Positions 52,441-64,000 of a stretch of DNA of 64,000 nucleotides are shown here, in pieces (the first letter of the stretch is position 1; each line of letters begins with the position of its first letter). The notes under the pieces were generated by a model. It saw nothing but the letters and a program-made list of their open reading frames with translations. It did not search any database and was not told the DNA's origin. The stretch is from Octopus bimaculoides (Eukaryota), in NCBI RefSeq assembly GCF_001194135.2, contig NC_068981.1, forward strand, positions 58,841,432-58,905,431. Reading direction: 5' to 3'. The position numbers and the translations under genes were made by a program.

Positions 52441-53197
52441 TTAATGGATACAGTCTTACGCTGGCTAATATTTTTTTCAGTGATTTATGTTGTATTTATG
52501 TGTGTGTGTGTGTGTGTGTATGTGTGTTTGTGTGCGCGCGCGTATTCACAGGGGCTTCCGGAAAAATAAAATGTATAAAGTGTATTATTAATCTTCATTA
52601 TGGTACTGAGTACTCCTTTTCCGACTGCACACACACACACGCACACGCGCGCACACACACACGCACACACACGCGCGCGCGCACAAACACACACACATAC
52701 ACACACATATGCATGTATGTATGTATGTATGTATGTATGTATGTGCGTGTATGTGTGTGTATGTGTGTATGTGTGTGTGTGCATGTGTGTGTGCGTGCGT
52801 TGTGTATGTATGTATATGTATATAATTCTGATTTTTCATGATCAATTGAGCCATTTATGCCAATTAATCTGTGTAGGATTAATCTGGTGCAGAACACTGG
52901 ATGCATTTTTGATCTTTTAATAGATAGCTGATGAAAGCCAACGTTAATAGGTCGTACATCAAATGTGCGGTTAAGCGATGTTACCAGTTTTTATTTGCAA
53001 GTTTAATTTATTTTGATATAGTAAAGAGATATTTTTCATCTTCTCAAAGTTTCTGAGTTCATTCAATAATCAGCATTCAGTATACAATTAATTAAATCTC
53101 ACATAAAGGAATGTTGGTACCAATCTTAAAAAAAAAAAATGTTTTCTAAGCTTTTATGAGCTGCATTACAAAGTTTTAATATAATTCACAAGTCAAA

Positions 53198-53405
53198 GTG
53201 GCAAGCTGGCCGAATCGTTAGCACGTTGGACAAAATGCTGAGTGGAATTTTGTACGTCTTTACGTTCTGAGTTCAAATACCGCCGGGATTGACTTTGCCG
53301 TTAATCTTTTCGGGGTCAATAAAATAAGTACCAGTTGAATACTGGGGTCGATATAATCAACTTAACCAGAAATTGCTGGTCTTGTGCCAAAATTTGAAAC
53401 CAATA
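53198..53405 (+). mobile_element. SINE family A
   Basis: GGCAAGCTGGCCGAATCGTTAG head, GAGTTCAAATAC box B, GTGCCAAAATTTGAAACC tail. Confidence 0.9.
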
Positions 53406-54072
53406 TTAATTTAGAAGTCTTAGAAATACACGAACTAAAAAAAATGAGTTCCAGATTTTGACAACAATTTTAGTAACTTTAGTTATTGCCGAATGAAGAG
53501 TATGAAAGTCATATTTAGAATGAAAGCTTTGTTCATTTCATGGGCAATGACTATGGACAATAAACAACTCAAAATTATTAATTTCCAGTTGTAAGTTTAT
53601 GTTAGTACTTTCATTTATTCTAGTACTTTCAAATGATAAGAGAAAAGATCTTTAAAAATACATTATAATTATAATCTGATTTCTTATCATCGCATACAGC
53701 AGTTCCATCCATGAAGTTCTTGGCAGAATTTATACAGTTCTGTTTAGGGAATTTCATTTTCATTACAAGATGCTTGTAAAGATGCTTGAAGTTCCAACGT
53801 TGGTTCATTTCTGAAATTGCTTTCTTTGCAATTGGTGGGTTCTAAAATGTCACCTGAACCTGGTGGACGGCTGTACTAGTCAAGATAAAGATCTCTGGGA
53901 CCGTCAACTTACTCCAACTTCAGTTCCATTCATTTTGAAAAAGTTGCGAAATACTCCTGTCTGATAATTAGCACGAATTATGTACTTAAAAAGAGAGTCT
54001 TTATTTAATGAAAATGATCCTTCTACTCGTGTACCAAGTGGGATCACGTCATATAAAGCAACATTCATACAT

Positions 54073-54272
54073 ACTCTTTACTCTTTAACTTGTTTCAGTC
54101 ATTTGACTGTGACCATGCTGGAGCACCGCCTTTAGTCGAGCAAATTGACCCCAGGACCTATTCTTTGGAAGCCTAGTACTTATTCTATCGGTCTTTTTTA
54201 CCGAACCGCTAAGTTACGGGGACGTAAACACACCAGCATCGGTTGTCAAGTGATGTTGGGGGGACAAACACA

Positions 54273-54319
<47 letters not shown>

Positions 54320-54483
54320 GACGGGCTTCTTTCAGTTTCCGTCTACCAAATCCACTCACAAGGCATTGGTCAGCCCGAGGCTATAGTAGAAGGCACTTGC
54401 CCAAGGTGCCACGCAGTGGGACTGAACCCGGAACCATGTGGTTGGTAAGTAAGCTACTTACCACACAGACACACCTACGCCTA
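54073..54483 (-). mobile_element. SINE family B, full length and young
   Basis: Head TAGGCGTAGG..TGTGTGGTAAG..GGTTCCGGGTTCAGTCCC; internal (TG)n; tail (TAAAGAG)n. Confidence 0.93.
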
Positions 54484-57277
54484 AATGATTATTTCTCCTT
54501 ACCATAATATAACATACAAACTGCTCCAAACTAGAAACCCGTATGCTAGATGTAGACATATATGTAAGATTCATATTTCATTATTAATCTGAAGAGTTTG
54601 TGCATTTCTTCCTCACCTCCTCCAAAAAATTCATTTGTAGAGTCATAGTCTTTTTACATGTTGTAATGGCATTTATCTGCTGTTTCTGTGCCTTAAATTC
54701 TTTGTACTTTCTTCTCGCGTCGTTTCCTATCTAGGTTGCTTATGATGCATTGTTTCAGTGGCATTTGTTTTGCAAATATCTCCCATGTATTCCTTTAGAG
54801 AAACAGGAATTGAATAAAGTAGGTATTAATATTTCAACGCAAGCTTTCATACTTTTTATACATTCTCCAGCGATATCTTCAATAATATTTATTACCTGAA
54901 GGGGTTAGTTTTCTCACTCTTGTCAAAAATGGTCGGTTACTTAATGACAGGTTACAGAAGCTGATGAAATTATTTTCGAACTGTGACGTAAAATGTTTTT
55001 CAGCTGTGCGTTTTCTATTAATGCTATAATCTCTGTCGGATTAGGAAAGAGAGATACCGATCCTACAGAGTCGTATGATGGTAGCGCTGGCGGTGCCAGT
55101 TTACTTACATTCTTGTCAATCTCTATAGCAATTTTTAACCGGTTTTGAATATTGTTGGAAAGGTGAAAGTATCACAAGAATCAGAATAACTGTTGCTATC
55201 TGTGACACATATTTTCCGGGCAAAGAATGATACCTGTTGCTGCAGCTACTTTATTGGTAAATGGTTTAAGTTTGGATGAGAATCGTCCCAGTATTTTTTT
55301 AACCGCTTCATCTAGCCGATCGTAGACTTCTTCATGGCATCGGACAACACCCCGGTTTAATTACAAAGATCAAGCGAAATGAGAAGGGTATTTACATTTT
55401 CTAAAATAAATCACAGATGCATTAGCGGTGATGATGTCTGTATTCGTGTATGTATGCATGTAAATCTGTATGTCTGTATACTTGTATGCCCGTATGTGTG
55501 TCTGTATGTATTATGACTGCATGCATGTATGCATGTGCGTATGTATGTAAGCATGCATATATGCATGCATGTCTGTACGCCTGTCTGTATGTCTATATGC
55601 CTGTATGTGTGTCTGTATGTTTTATTCATATACGTATGTGAGCCTGCATGCATGCATACATGTATGCATGTCTGTATGTATGCATGTCTGTATGTATGCA
55701 TGTATGTATAAGTGCCTCGTCAAAAACTTTTGAATCGTCAAAGAAAGTAGTTTGAACATTTATGTGTTAAAATATTCAAGTTATTTATTAAGCTTATTTC
55801 CTTATAAAATTGCAGATATTATCGAAGGAATAGTGAGAATTAAGCGTATTCTTATAAGAAGGAATGTTGGAAGTATATAAATATTACAGGCGCAGTTACT
55901 ATTATTTGCTTGCTGAATCGGGAAATTATGTAACAAATTTCAAATAAAAAGTCGGTATTTCGTTGGTAAATAGGATGGCTGTATTTTATGATTGGTTAAC
56001 AAAATAATGATTGTCAAAAAAATCAAATTGGCAGATTGAAATAAATTAAACGGAAAGCGCTCAAAAGTAGCTTTATTAGATCAATATGAATGAATAAGGG
56101 AAAAATAGAGACATACACAAGCACAAGAAGCGGATAGGAGAGAGAAGAAGTAATCATAATAAGAGACATTAAAGGAAAAAGAGGAAAGAAAACTTAGAAA
56201 AATTAAAAGAAAGAATATAAACTTGTAAAATGTAACTATTGGGTTCGTAAATAAGGAAATTTTGTGACAGGTGTCAAATACAGATTTCAAGATTGGTGGT
56301 TAGACATGATCGTTATTGTTTACGGCCGTTTAAGAACATAAAAGTAGAACGAGGAAGTAAACACTCCCCTCACCAACAAGCAACAAATAACTGAATCAAT
56401 GGGCGGATAGATATGAGAAAGAACGAGATTTATCGTTGCTGAAATTTGACATTGTAGAGATGTATGTAAATGTTTAAGATTGGAGTAAGAGAGGGAGAGA
56501 AAGAAGAAAACAAAGAAAGAGAGGCAGTGGAAAGAAAGAGAGACAGAAGAGAAAGAAGAGAAGGAGAGAGAGAGAAATTGTAAAAAATAGCAAACATACG
56601 TAAGCATCAACCTTAGCGTCTGTATTTGAAACCTTTTTAGTAGCGAAATAAACCTGACGCACATACGAGCGCGAACATACACTCGCACGCACATGTACCA
56701 AGTTTCAAACGCAAATGAATACATAAATATACATATGTACATACATACACGCAGACATGACATATATACATACATAATAAGTAGTAAAGGATATGGAGCT
56801 CTGGTGGTTTAGACGATGAGTATTCAGTAATTCAATCAGCTGAGCTGCCTGGTCATAGACTGTATTTAGAACAAGCTACAACACGCAGTTCCACTTCAAC
56901 ATCTGTGATTTCTCCTTCATAACCAAGGCACTATCATAGCATTGAGTGCTACATAACTGGACGTTGACATCAAAAGAGTGCACCACTGGAAGAGATTCAA
57001 CACCATGTCCAGAAGCAGATTGGTATCCACGAAATGTTTCACAGATATTGGAAAAAAAAACAACGCAATAGAACAAGTGAGAGCTATTCAATTTAGGAAA
57101 TGACTTTTGTTTTATTTACAAGTAATGCGAAAGAAGCCGAGGGCGAGACTCGGTTATACAAGGTTGAAAATACGGTATTTTCTTTTGTTATAAACATATC
57201 TGTTCACTCAACCCAGCGAGGGTGGAGGTCTGTATCAGATAATGTTTGCACTAAGAATAATGGATATTTATACAATA

Positions 57278-58474
57278 CGAGGGTTGGCTGGAAAATTCAT
57301 AGGCTGACAGAGATACTGTCGTGGAATGTGACCAAATGAGGTTTATTTTTCAACATAGTCCCTCTTGCAGTCCACATACTTCTATCATCGGTGTTGCACT
57401 GATTTCATCCCATTGATGAAGATCTTTTATCCTACTGGTCAAAGAAGGCATTAACAGCAGATATGACGTCTTCATCACTGCAATACTGGTTTCCATCCAA
57501 GCGTTGTTTAGAGAACAAATAATAGTCAAATAGGGACAAATCAGGAGAATAGGGACGATGACCAACCAGTTCAAAGCTACAGTCAAGCACAGCAGCCATT
57601 GAAACCAATCACTTTTGTACTGGAACATTGTCCTGACGCAACAAGACGCCATTTCGTCAGTTTTCCTGGGTATTTGGTCTTGATAGGCTTTCGTTAGTAC
57701 TCTTTATCGATAGTGTGACCCTTTTGAAGCTAGTAAATACACACAATGTCTTTTGCATCCCTCAAAACTGAGGCCATCACCTTCCCTGTAGAGGAAACTA
57801 TCTTGACCTTCTTTGCTGCAGGTGATAAGGGGTGTTTCCACTGCGTGGATTGTCTCCTTGTCTCTAGCTCAAAGTGATGAAGCCAACACTCAGCCTGCGT
57901 TAGGAAACGTTCAAGGAAAACAGCTGGCTCTGCCTTAAACAATGTAAGATTTTCCCGTGATGTGACCAACCTGATGCGCTTTTGATCAGGTGTCAGAAGA
58001 TGTAGCAACCATCGAGAAGAATGCTAAGTTCATTGTGCAAAATATTCTCAACTCTCTCACGGGATATGCTGATAGCATCGGCTATTTAATTTATTGTCAA
58101 TCGCCTGTCATCCATTAGGATGTGATGAACACGATCAATGATTTCTTTAACTGGTGGCAGTTGGAGGACATCATCCTCAAGACTCTACATTTCGCTCCTA
58201 AATTCAGCTGTCCACTTTTGCACCGATGATAAAACTGTAGCGTCATCCCCCTAATGTATCATGCATGTCAGTATGGATGTCATTGGGAGATAAATCCTTT
58301 TTTCTGCAGGTACTTGTTACTTTCGAAAACATCTTTGAATAGTCAAATGTCAGTTTACCTGGGCAAAACTATGCAGTTATTAATAAGAAAAGTTGAAATT
58401 AATGCATGCAAGATTTCACATTTCTAGCATCACTCCTTCATAGGAATCCCATGAACTTTTTCATCCCACACTTG
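57278..58474 (-). mobile_element. Mariner transposon bounded by TIRs and TA TSD, degenerate transposase
   Basis: TA|CGAGGGTTGGCTGGAAAATTCATAGG ... CCCATGAACTTTTTCATCCCACACTTG|TA; HLLTPDQKRIRLVTSRENL..WLHHFELETRRQSTQWKHP..GKVMASV. Confidence 0.92.
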
Positions 58475-58489
58475 TAATATAACATACAT

Positions 58490-58666
58490 TGGTTTCAAAT
58501 TTTGGCACAAAGCCAGCAATTTCGTGGAGAGGGAGAAAGTCGATTACATCGAGTCCAGTGGTTAATTGGTACTTATTTGGCAGAATTTGAACTCAGAACA
58601 GAAACAGGGACGAAATGCCTTTAAGAATTTTGCCCGGAGTGCTAACAACTCGGCCAGTTCACCGCC
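58490..58666 (-). mobile_element. SINE family A with internal deletion
   Basis: GGTTTCAAATTTTGGCACAAAGCCAGCAATTTCG tail and TTTGAACTCAG..GCCAGTTCACCGCC head, reverse complemented. Confidence 0.88.
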
Positions 58667-59335
58667 GTATGTAATAATATATATATTCATATATATTTTG
58701 CTACATTTACATTATGACACATAATTATGTATATAGGTATGTGTTGATATTTGTAAATATATATATTTGTACATGTCTTTCTCTTTCTCTCTCTATCTAT
58801 AGTACATATGTAAATACGGACATATGTATATGCATACACAATTTATGTGCCGTTGGTGGTGGACACAGAAAATGTGACATGTCGAAGAAAGCGATGCTGT
58901 TTCTATGCCGTCAAAACCGCAACTGCTCAAGCTATTCCAAAAAGGCACGCGATAATGCTGGGCGGAAATTGCTACTTATATTATTATGCCTCCAGCTCTG
59001 GTTGGCTGGAGTCTGCCAAGGCACAACTGAACTAAGCCACAGCAACAAAATAGATCTTTCCTGTCTCATTACGCTTTCATATACACGCGCGCGCACACAC
59101 GCACGCACACACGCACACACACACACACGTATACGCGCATATATACATATACCCAAAATCACATACACACATATGTATGTATGTATGTGTCTGCATGAAT
59201 ATATTTATGTTTGTATGTATGTATGCACGAGTAAATGTATGTATGTATGTATATATATATNNNNNNNNNNNNNNNNNNNNNNNNNNNNNNNNNNNNNNNN
59301 NNNNNNNNNNNNNTATATATGTATACATACATACA

Positions 59336-59520
59336 CGTAAATGTTGAACAACAAAAATGAGTGCTCAACACCGCATTGGAGGATAGAACTTCTTTATTTG
59401 CGTATTAAGGCTAATATACCTTTCTTAACATGACATCAATGGTAGCCTTAATACACAAAGGAAGAAATTCTATCCACCATTGCGGTGTTGAACTCTCACT
59501 CTCGTCGTTCGACATTTACG
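59336..59520. repeat. 78-bp inverted repeat with 29-nt loop (MITE-like hairpin)
   Basis: 59336-59413 versus reverse complement of 59443-59520: 65/78 identical by manual alignment, no indels. Confidence 0.92.
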
Positions 59521-61189
59521 TATCAATGCTTCCGACGTCCCCAAACACCGGCGAAGCGCTAAACACGAACAGAGAAACGAACAAACCAAAGAAAAACACG
59601 AAATAAGAACATCATTATATGTAGTATGTATGCATACATATGTATGCGTGTATGCATATATATATATATAAATGGTAATTTATTCCATAAATTTTCTATT
59701 TCACTCAAATTCTATCTATTAAGCTTTATTGTGAGTTTGACGTCACTTTTCTCCAATTTTTAAAATTTAGATTCTTATAGTCTATGCTAGCCCTTTCTAC
59801 CTTCACTAAACCTTTCATTATATTATTTCTCACGTATATTTAAACCTCTGTATGAAATTGGCAAAAAACCCATTATCTTTCTCTTCTCTAATTCACCTGG
59901 AATTATAAGAAACCCTAGCACGCTACACAAAATGATATAAATTCTTCTGCCTGAGGCATAGCTGTTAAATTAGAAAATAATGACAGAGCAGACACCTTAA
60001 CCCCACGCGAACCTTATTTCAATTTTAACATTTTATACATAATTTCCTCCAAGATACATTTATTCGACTTATTAACCCCTCTCAAACGGGCTTAGATATA
60101 ACCTGAAAATGTGTATTAAGTTTCTTCCTACAAAAATTAAAATAAATATATTCGTTTCCACACAGGAATAATATAAGCGCTGTACAAATGTAGATAAACA
60201 AAATCTACGAGTGGAGAAACTGCCTCATTATCTTGTTTGATATACATTTATAATACCCGATTATAAGAAAACATTCGCTGAGAATATTTTTTGCTATGGT
60301 ACGTGCGTTATATGGGCAAAACCTCTATAAATTGAAACGCTATTACACGGCGTGAAAAGTTTTTTCTACTAAGACTGTTACACATAGGAAACATTCATCT
60401 GATTTTTTTGATGATCAAAGATTTAATGTAAATATACACATAAATATATTCACGAACACACACATGCACACAGATATATATACATAAATACATACATAAA
60501 TGCATAAGTATACGTACATATATACATTTATAAATATGTATATATGTGCCTAGACATCTACCTAAACTGCAGGATTGAGACTTTTAGCCATTATCCCCAT
60601 GAGAGAAGGTATGTATTGTCTTACCTACGAAACCCTCCATGACTATAATCATCAGGTTCTTCACCTTCGGGTCTCTTACCATCACATCCTGAGAACCCAG
60701 TGATGAGTTTAACCAAAGCATTAACAAATGAACACACAAACACATATGCGCTTAAACATAACTTGTAGATGTAATTGGATGGTAATTCTACTACTGATAA
60801 AGTGATTGCTGTTTTAAAGGGAGTGGCATTTGATTTCTTTGTAGTGTTGATTTGTTCTTCATGGTTGGTTACACATGCGACTGTCCTTAGCTGACCTTTA
60901 AGAATCGGCCCGTACTTACACATACATGGTCGTTCACATATACATATATAATAGAATAGAAGATTTATGATACCTGTGGAGTATCTCCTCCCATTATAAT
61001 TATTTTTGTAGTTTCAAGGAGCTGATACGGGTCACCAATTTGTAACATCCGTGCGAAGCGAGGTGACGAGAATGGCTCCTTAGTACATCACACGGTCGAT
61101 GCAATAGATATGAATAGAATAATGCGTATATGTGCCAGAGGGAAAAAGAGACACAACCGGGTAGAATGTTTTGGAATGATTTATTGATA

Positions 61190-62040
61190 TGTTAACGTGT
61201 GACTGTGTGTGCTTCGTATATACAGAATAATAGACAGGCCATCATAAGAACAAGATGTACGCGTGTGTATGTAGGCATAGACGTATGCGTATTAAGAACA
61301 TATAAGGATGGCAATGAAGAAGGGACAGTGAAAGAGTCTATAGCCATCGAAGTGAGGAGTAAGTTCATAGACGCAAGAATGATAAATACCAGTTCGTAGT
61401 CAATTGTACACGGTAGTTGAAATACTGTATCAAGAAGTTGCGGCGATGATGCAGAGCCGGAGTGGTACGTGTCGTACGAAGTTGTGGCTGTAATGCTACT
61501 GCCTGGGTTACCTAGTACAGGAGTTCTCGCAGGTTGTATATCTATGGTGAAGTAATTCACGAACAGTGTAGTGTTGTAACCAGGGCGAGTTGCTTGTTGA
61601 GTTGTGTACTAGAGAGATGTTGACGTTAGGACGATGGTGGCGACGGAGACGGAGGTCGCCGAATGCTGTTGGACGAAGTTTGTGAGTCTCAACGTGGCTG
61701 CTGTTGTGTTGTCGTTGGAACTGGCTTGTCTTGTGTGGTCTGTGGGTAGACCTTAAAAGGTCTAGAAGCGAAAGATATCGAGACGAGCAGAAGCTGGGTT
61801 TTTATAAGGAGTTGTAGGCTCAAAACTGAGTTAAGAACAGGCGACATTATTTACGGGCATCGATTGGTTATACGCTGCATATTGGCGCGATAGAGTAAGT
61901 GACAAATTGCGCCAACACCAACCAATCAGAGTAGTGGACACAACGGGGTCCAAAATGCGGCCAAAGGCTAGCTGTTATCTATTACGTTCGTATGTATATA
62001 TTATAGAGAGGAGAGGAATTTCACTCGAGTGTACGCTACA
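61190..62040 (-). mobile_element. Solo-LTR-like element with TG...CA ends
   Basis: GATA|TGTTAAC...GCTACA|TATC boundaries; internal CCAAT/TATA promoter; terminal ~70 bp repeated at 62710-62781. Confidence 0.55.
61800..61926 (-). promoter_or_regulatory. Pol II-type promoter: TATA box plus three CCAAT boxes
   Basis: TATAAAA at 61806-61800; CCAAT at 61867-61863 and 61885-61881; reversed CCAAT at 61922-61926; CpG-rich context. Confidence 0.55.
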
Positions 62041-62781
62041 TATCCATATACATACTAACGCTTGAACACATACACAAACGCGCGCACATACATAAACGCA
62101 CACACGCATATATACTCACACACTCACACATATACGAATATGTATGCGCACTCACATATACAAATATATGTACATATATACGCACGCATATATGTGCATA
62201 TATGTACATATATACGCACGCATATATGTACGTATATACGCACGCGTGTCTAATATGCATGAATGTATCTACGAATATATATACATGCACACGTATCTGT
62301 GTATGTATATACGCACGCATATACATACATAGATGCGTGTGTGTGTATATGTATTTGTAGAGACATACATCCATGCATATTAGACACGCGGACAGTCACG
62401 CACACGTACATATAGAAATACAACCAGACCCATGCACACATGGATAGGGGGAAGGGGAGAGGGAGAGAGTTCACTGGATTCTTCTTCTTCTACTGTGTTG
62501 CATCTGGAAAATGCAAATTTGTCCGGTGACAATATCTTGGGATTTTCTCAGCGTACTTATTTACCAAGTTTTCGTCATTTAACAGAACGCACAAGGCTTC
62601 GTCGATGCATAAGTCACGTATGCCGGATAATATATTATATGGGTGCTCATTTTTTTTATTATTGACCATTCTATTTAATATTTTATTTTTCCTTCTTTTA
62701 ATCTCCATATGTTAACATGTGGTGACTGTGTGTGCTTCGGATATACAGAATAATAGACAGGACGTCATAAGAATAAGATGT

Positions 62782-63469
62782 GGTTTATATAGGGATGACC
62801 TTTTATTACTAACTAAGAATTGCACCAATAGAACACTAGAATTATATAAGAAAATATGTAGTTTTTTAAAAGCAATGGATTAACGATTACTATATATAAT
62901 GAGAACTATAATGTTAATTATTTACATGCTAATTTTAATTTAATAACAGGTAAAACCCAACCATTCCATAAAATTAATGAAAGCATTAGATATATTAATG
63001 CTAATAGTAATCATCCACCCTCAATTAAGAAATCGTTAACATATAATAAGTCTTCTAATTTTGAGATTTTCCAAAAACATGCACCTTATTATAATGAAGC
63101 CCTTCTTGAGGCGGGATATACTAATAATACTAAATTCTTTAATAATTCGAAATATAATTATAATATCAAAGATTATAATATTAATGATCTATTTATTTTC
63201 TATAATAATAAACATAACATTAAGATTTATGATAAGGTCTACTTAGGTAATAATGGTAAGAATAATAAGTATTATGATAATAAAAACATAAACATAATTA
63301 TAATGGACAAAATAATAAGATTAAATTAAATTTATTTAATGATAATAATAATAATAATAATATTTTTTCTAGTAATAGTTTGGGAGTTGGTCATTCTACT
63401 ACTAATAATGTTAGTAACATTATTTCTTTTAATAGATTTAAGTTAAATAAGTTTTCCAAATACTTATTC

Positions 63470-63529
<60 letters not shown>

Positions 63530-64000
63530 CAACAATAATAATAATAATAAGGACCAGGATATAATTAATTGTACATGTAGAGATAAGCCCAAATGTAAAT
63601 TTAATAATAAATGTGATTTGAAGGATGTGGTGTATAAATGTACATTGACTTTAATTGATGGGAATAATTTAATGGTTATAATTTAAGTAAGATTTACACA
63701 GGATCGACTTCGAATAAAATTAAATTACGTGTGGCTCAACATGAATTCCTTTAAGAATAGAAATTTGATTAATTCTACTGGCCTTAGTAAAAATATTTGG
63801 GAACTAAAATCTAAAAATATTAAGTACATTTTAAATTGGGAGATAGTTTGTAAGGCGAAATCTTATCGTATAGGTAGTAATTTTTGTATGTTGTGTACTA
63901 ATGAATTTAAGGAGATATTATTAAATAATAATAATTCTTTGTTTAACTCCCTTGATGAACGTAAAATTAAATGTAGACACAAATTAAATTGTTTATATAA
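62782..64000 (+). mobile_element. Penelope-like element, 5'-truncated at the RT YxDD motif, very AT-rich, running off the window
   Basis: GLYRDD; NSNHPPSI; APYYNEAL..GY; NCTCRDKPKCKFNNKC; KDVVYKC..IYTGST (GIY-YIG); LSKNIWELK..NWEIV..CMLCTNE..KCRHK; several frameshifts. Confidence 0.9.

Noticed and set aside
61190-61258. Hammerhead-like reading of the repeated 70-mer (CUUAUGA...GAAG)
   Set aside because: Both copies lack CUGANGA and GAAA, and stems I and III do not pair.
61192-61560. 122-aa minus-strand ORF in the LTR-like unit
   Set aside because: It starts at GTG with an upstream in-frame stop, its composition follows the strand bias, and it has no domain motif.

Overview
This is AT-rich eukaryotic DNA with many microsatellites and assembly gaps. 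The three tRNA-derived SINE families and the repeat landscape point to an octopus genome (inference). I could not identify a host protein-coding gene; nearly all long ORFs in the track are microsatellite or N-gap artefacts, or pieces of dead transposons. The window is a transposon graveyard: about 25 SINE copies, five R4/Dong-like RLE LINE copies (all minus strand), RTE, Tx1-like and CR1/Jockey LINE fragments (all plus strand), four mariner copies, a Tc1 fragment, hAT and Helitron remnants, and three Penelope-like elements (PLEs). The most notable unannotated items are: (1) a type I hammerhead ribozyme with an intact core at 39083-39141 (-), plus several decayed hammerheads, one at the 3' end of a PLE; (2) a nested fold-back element (a palindrome of palindromes) at 33521-34495; (3) a 185-nt near-perfect hairpin at 59336-59520; (4) a solo-LTR-like unit with a CCAAT/TATA promoter at 61190-62040, whose terminal 70 bp recur fused to a truncated, very AT-rich PLE. 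All coordinates and translations were read by eye; no database search was run.
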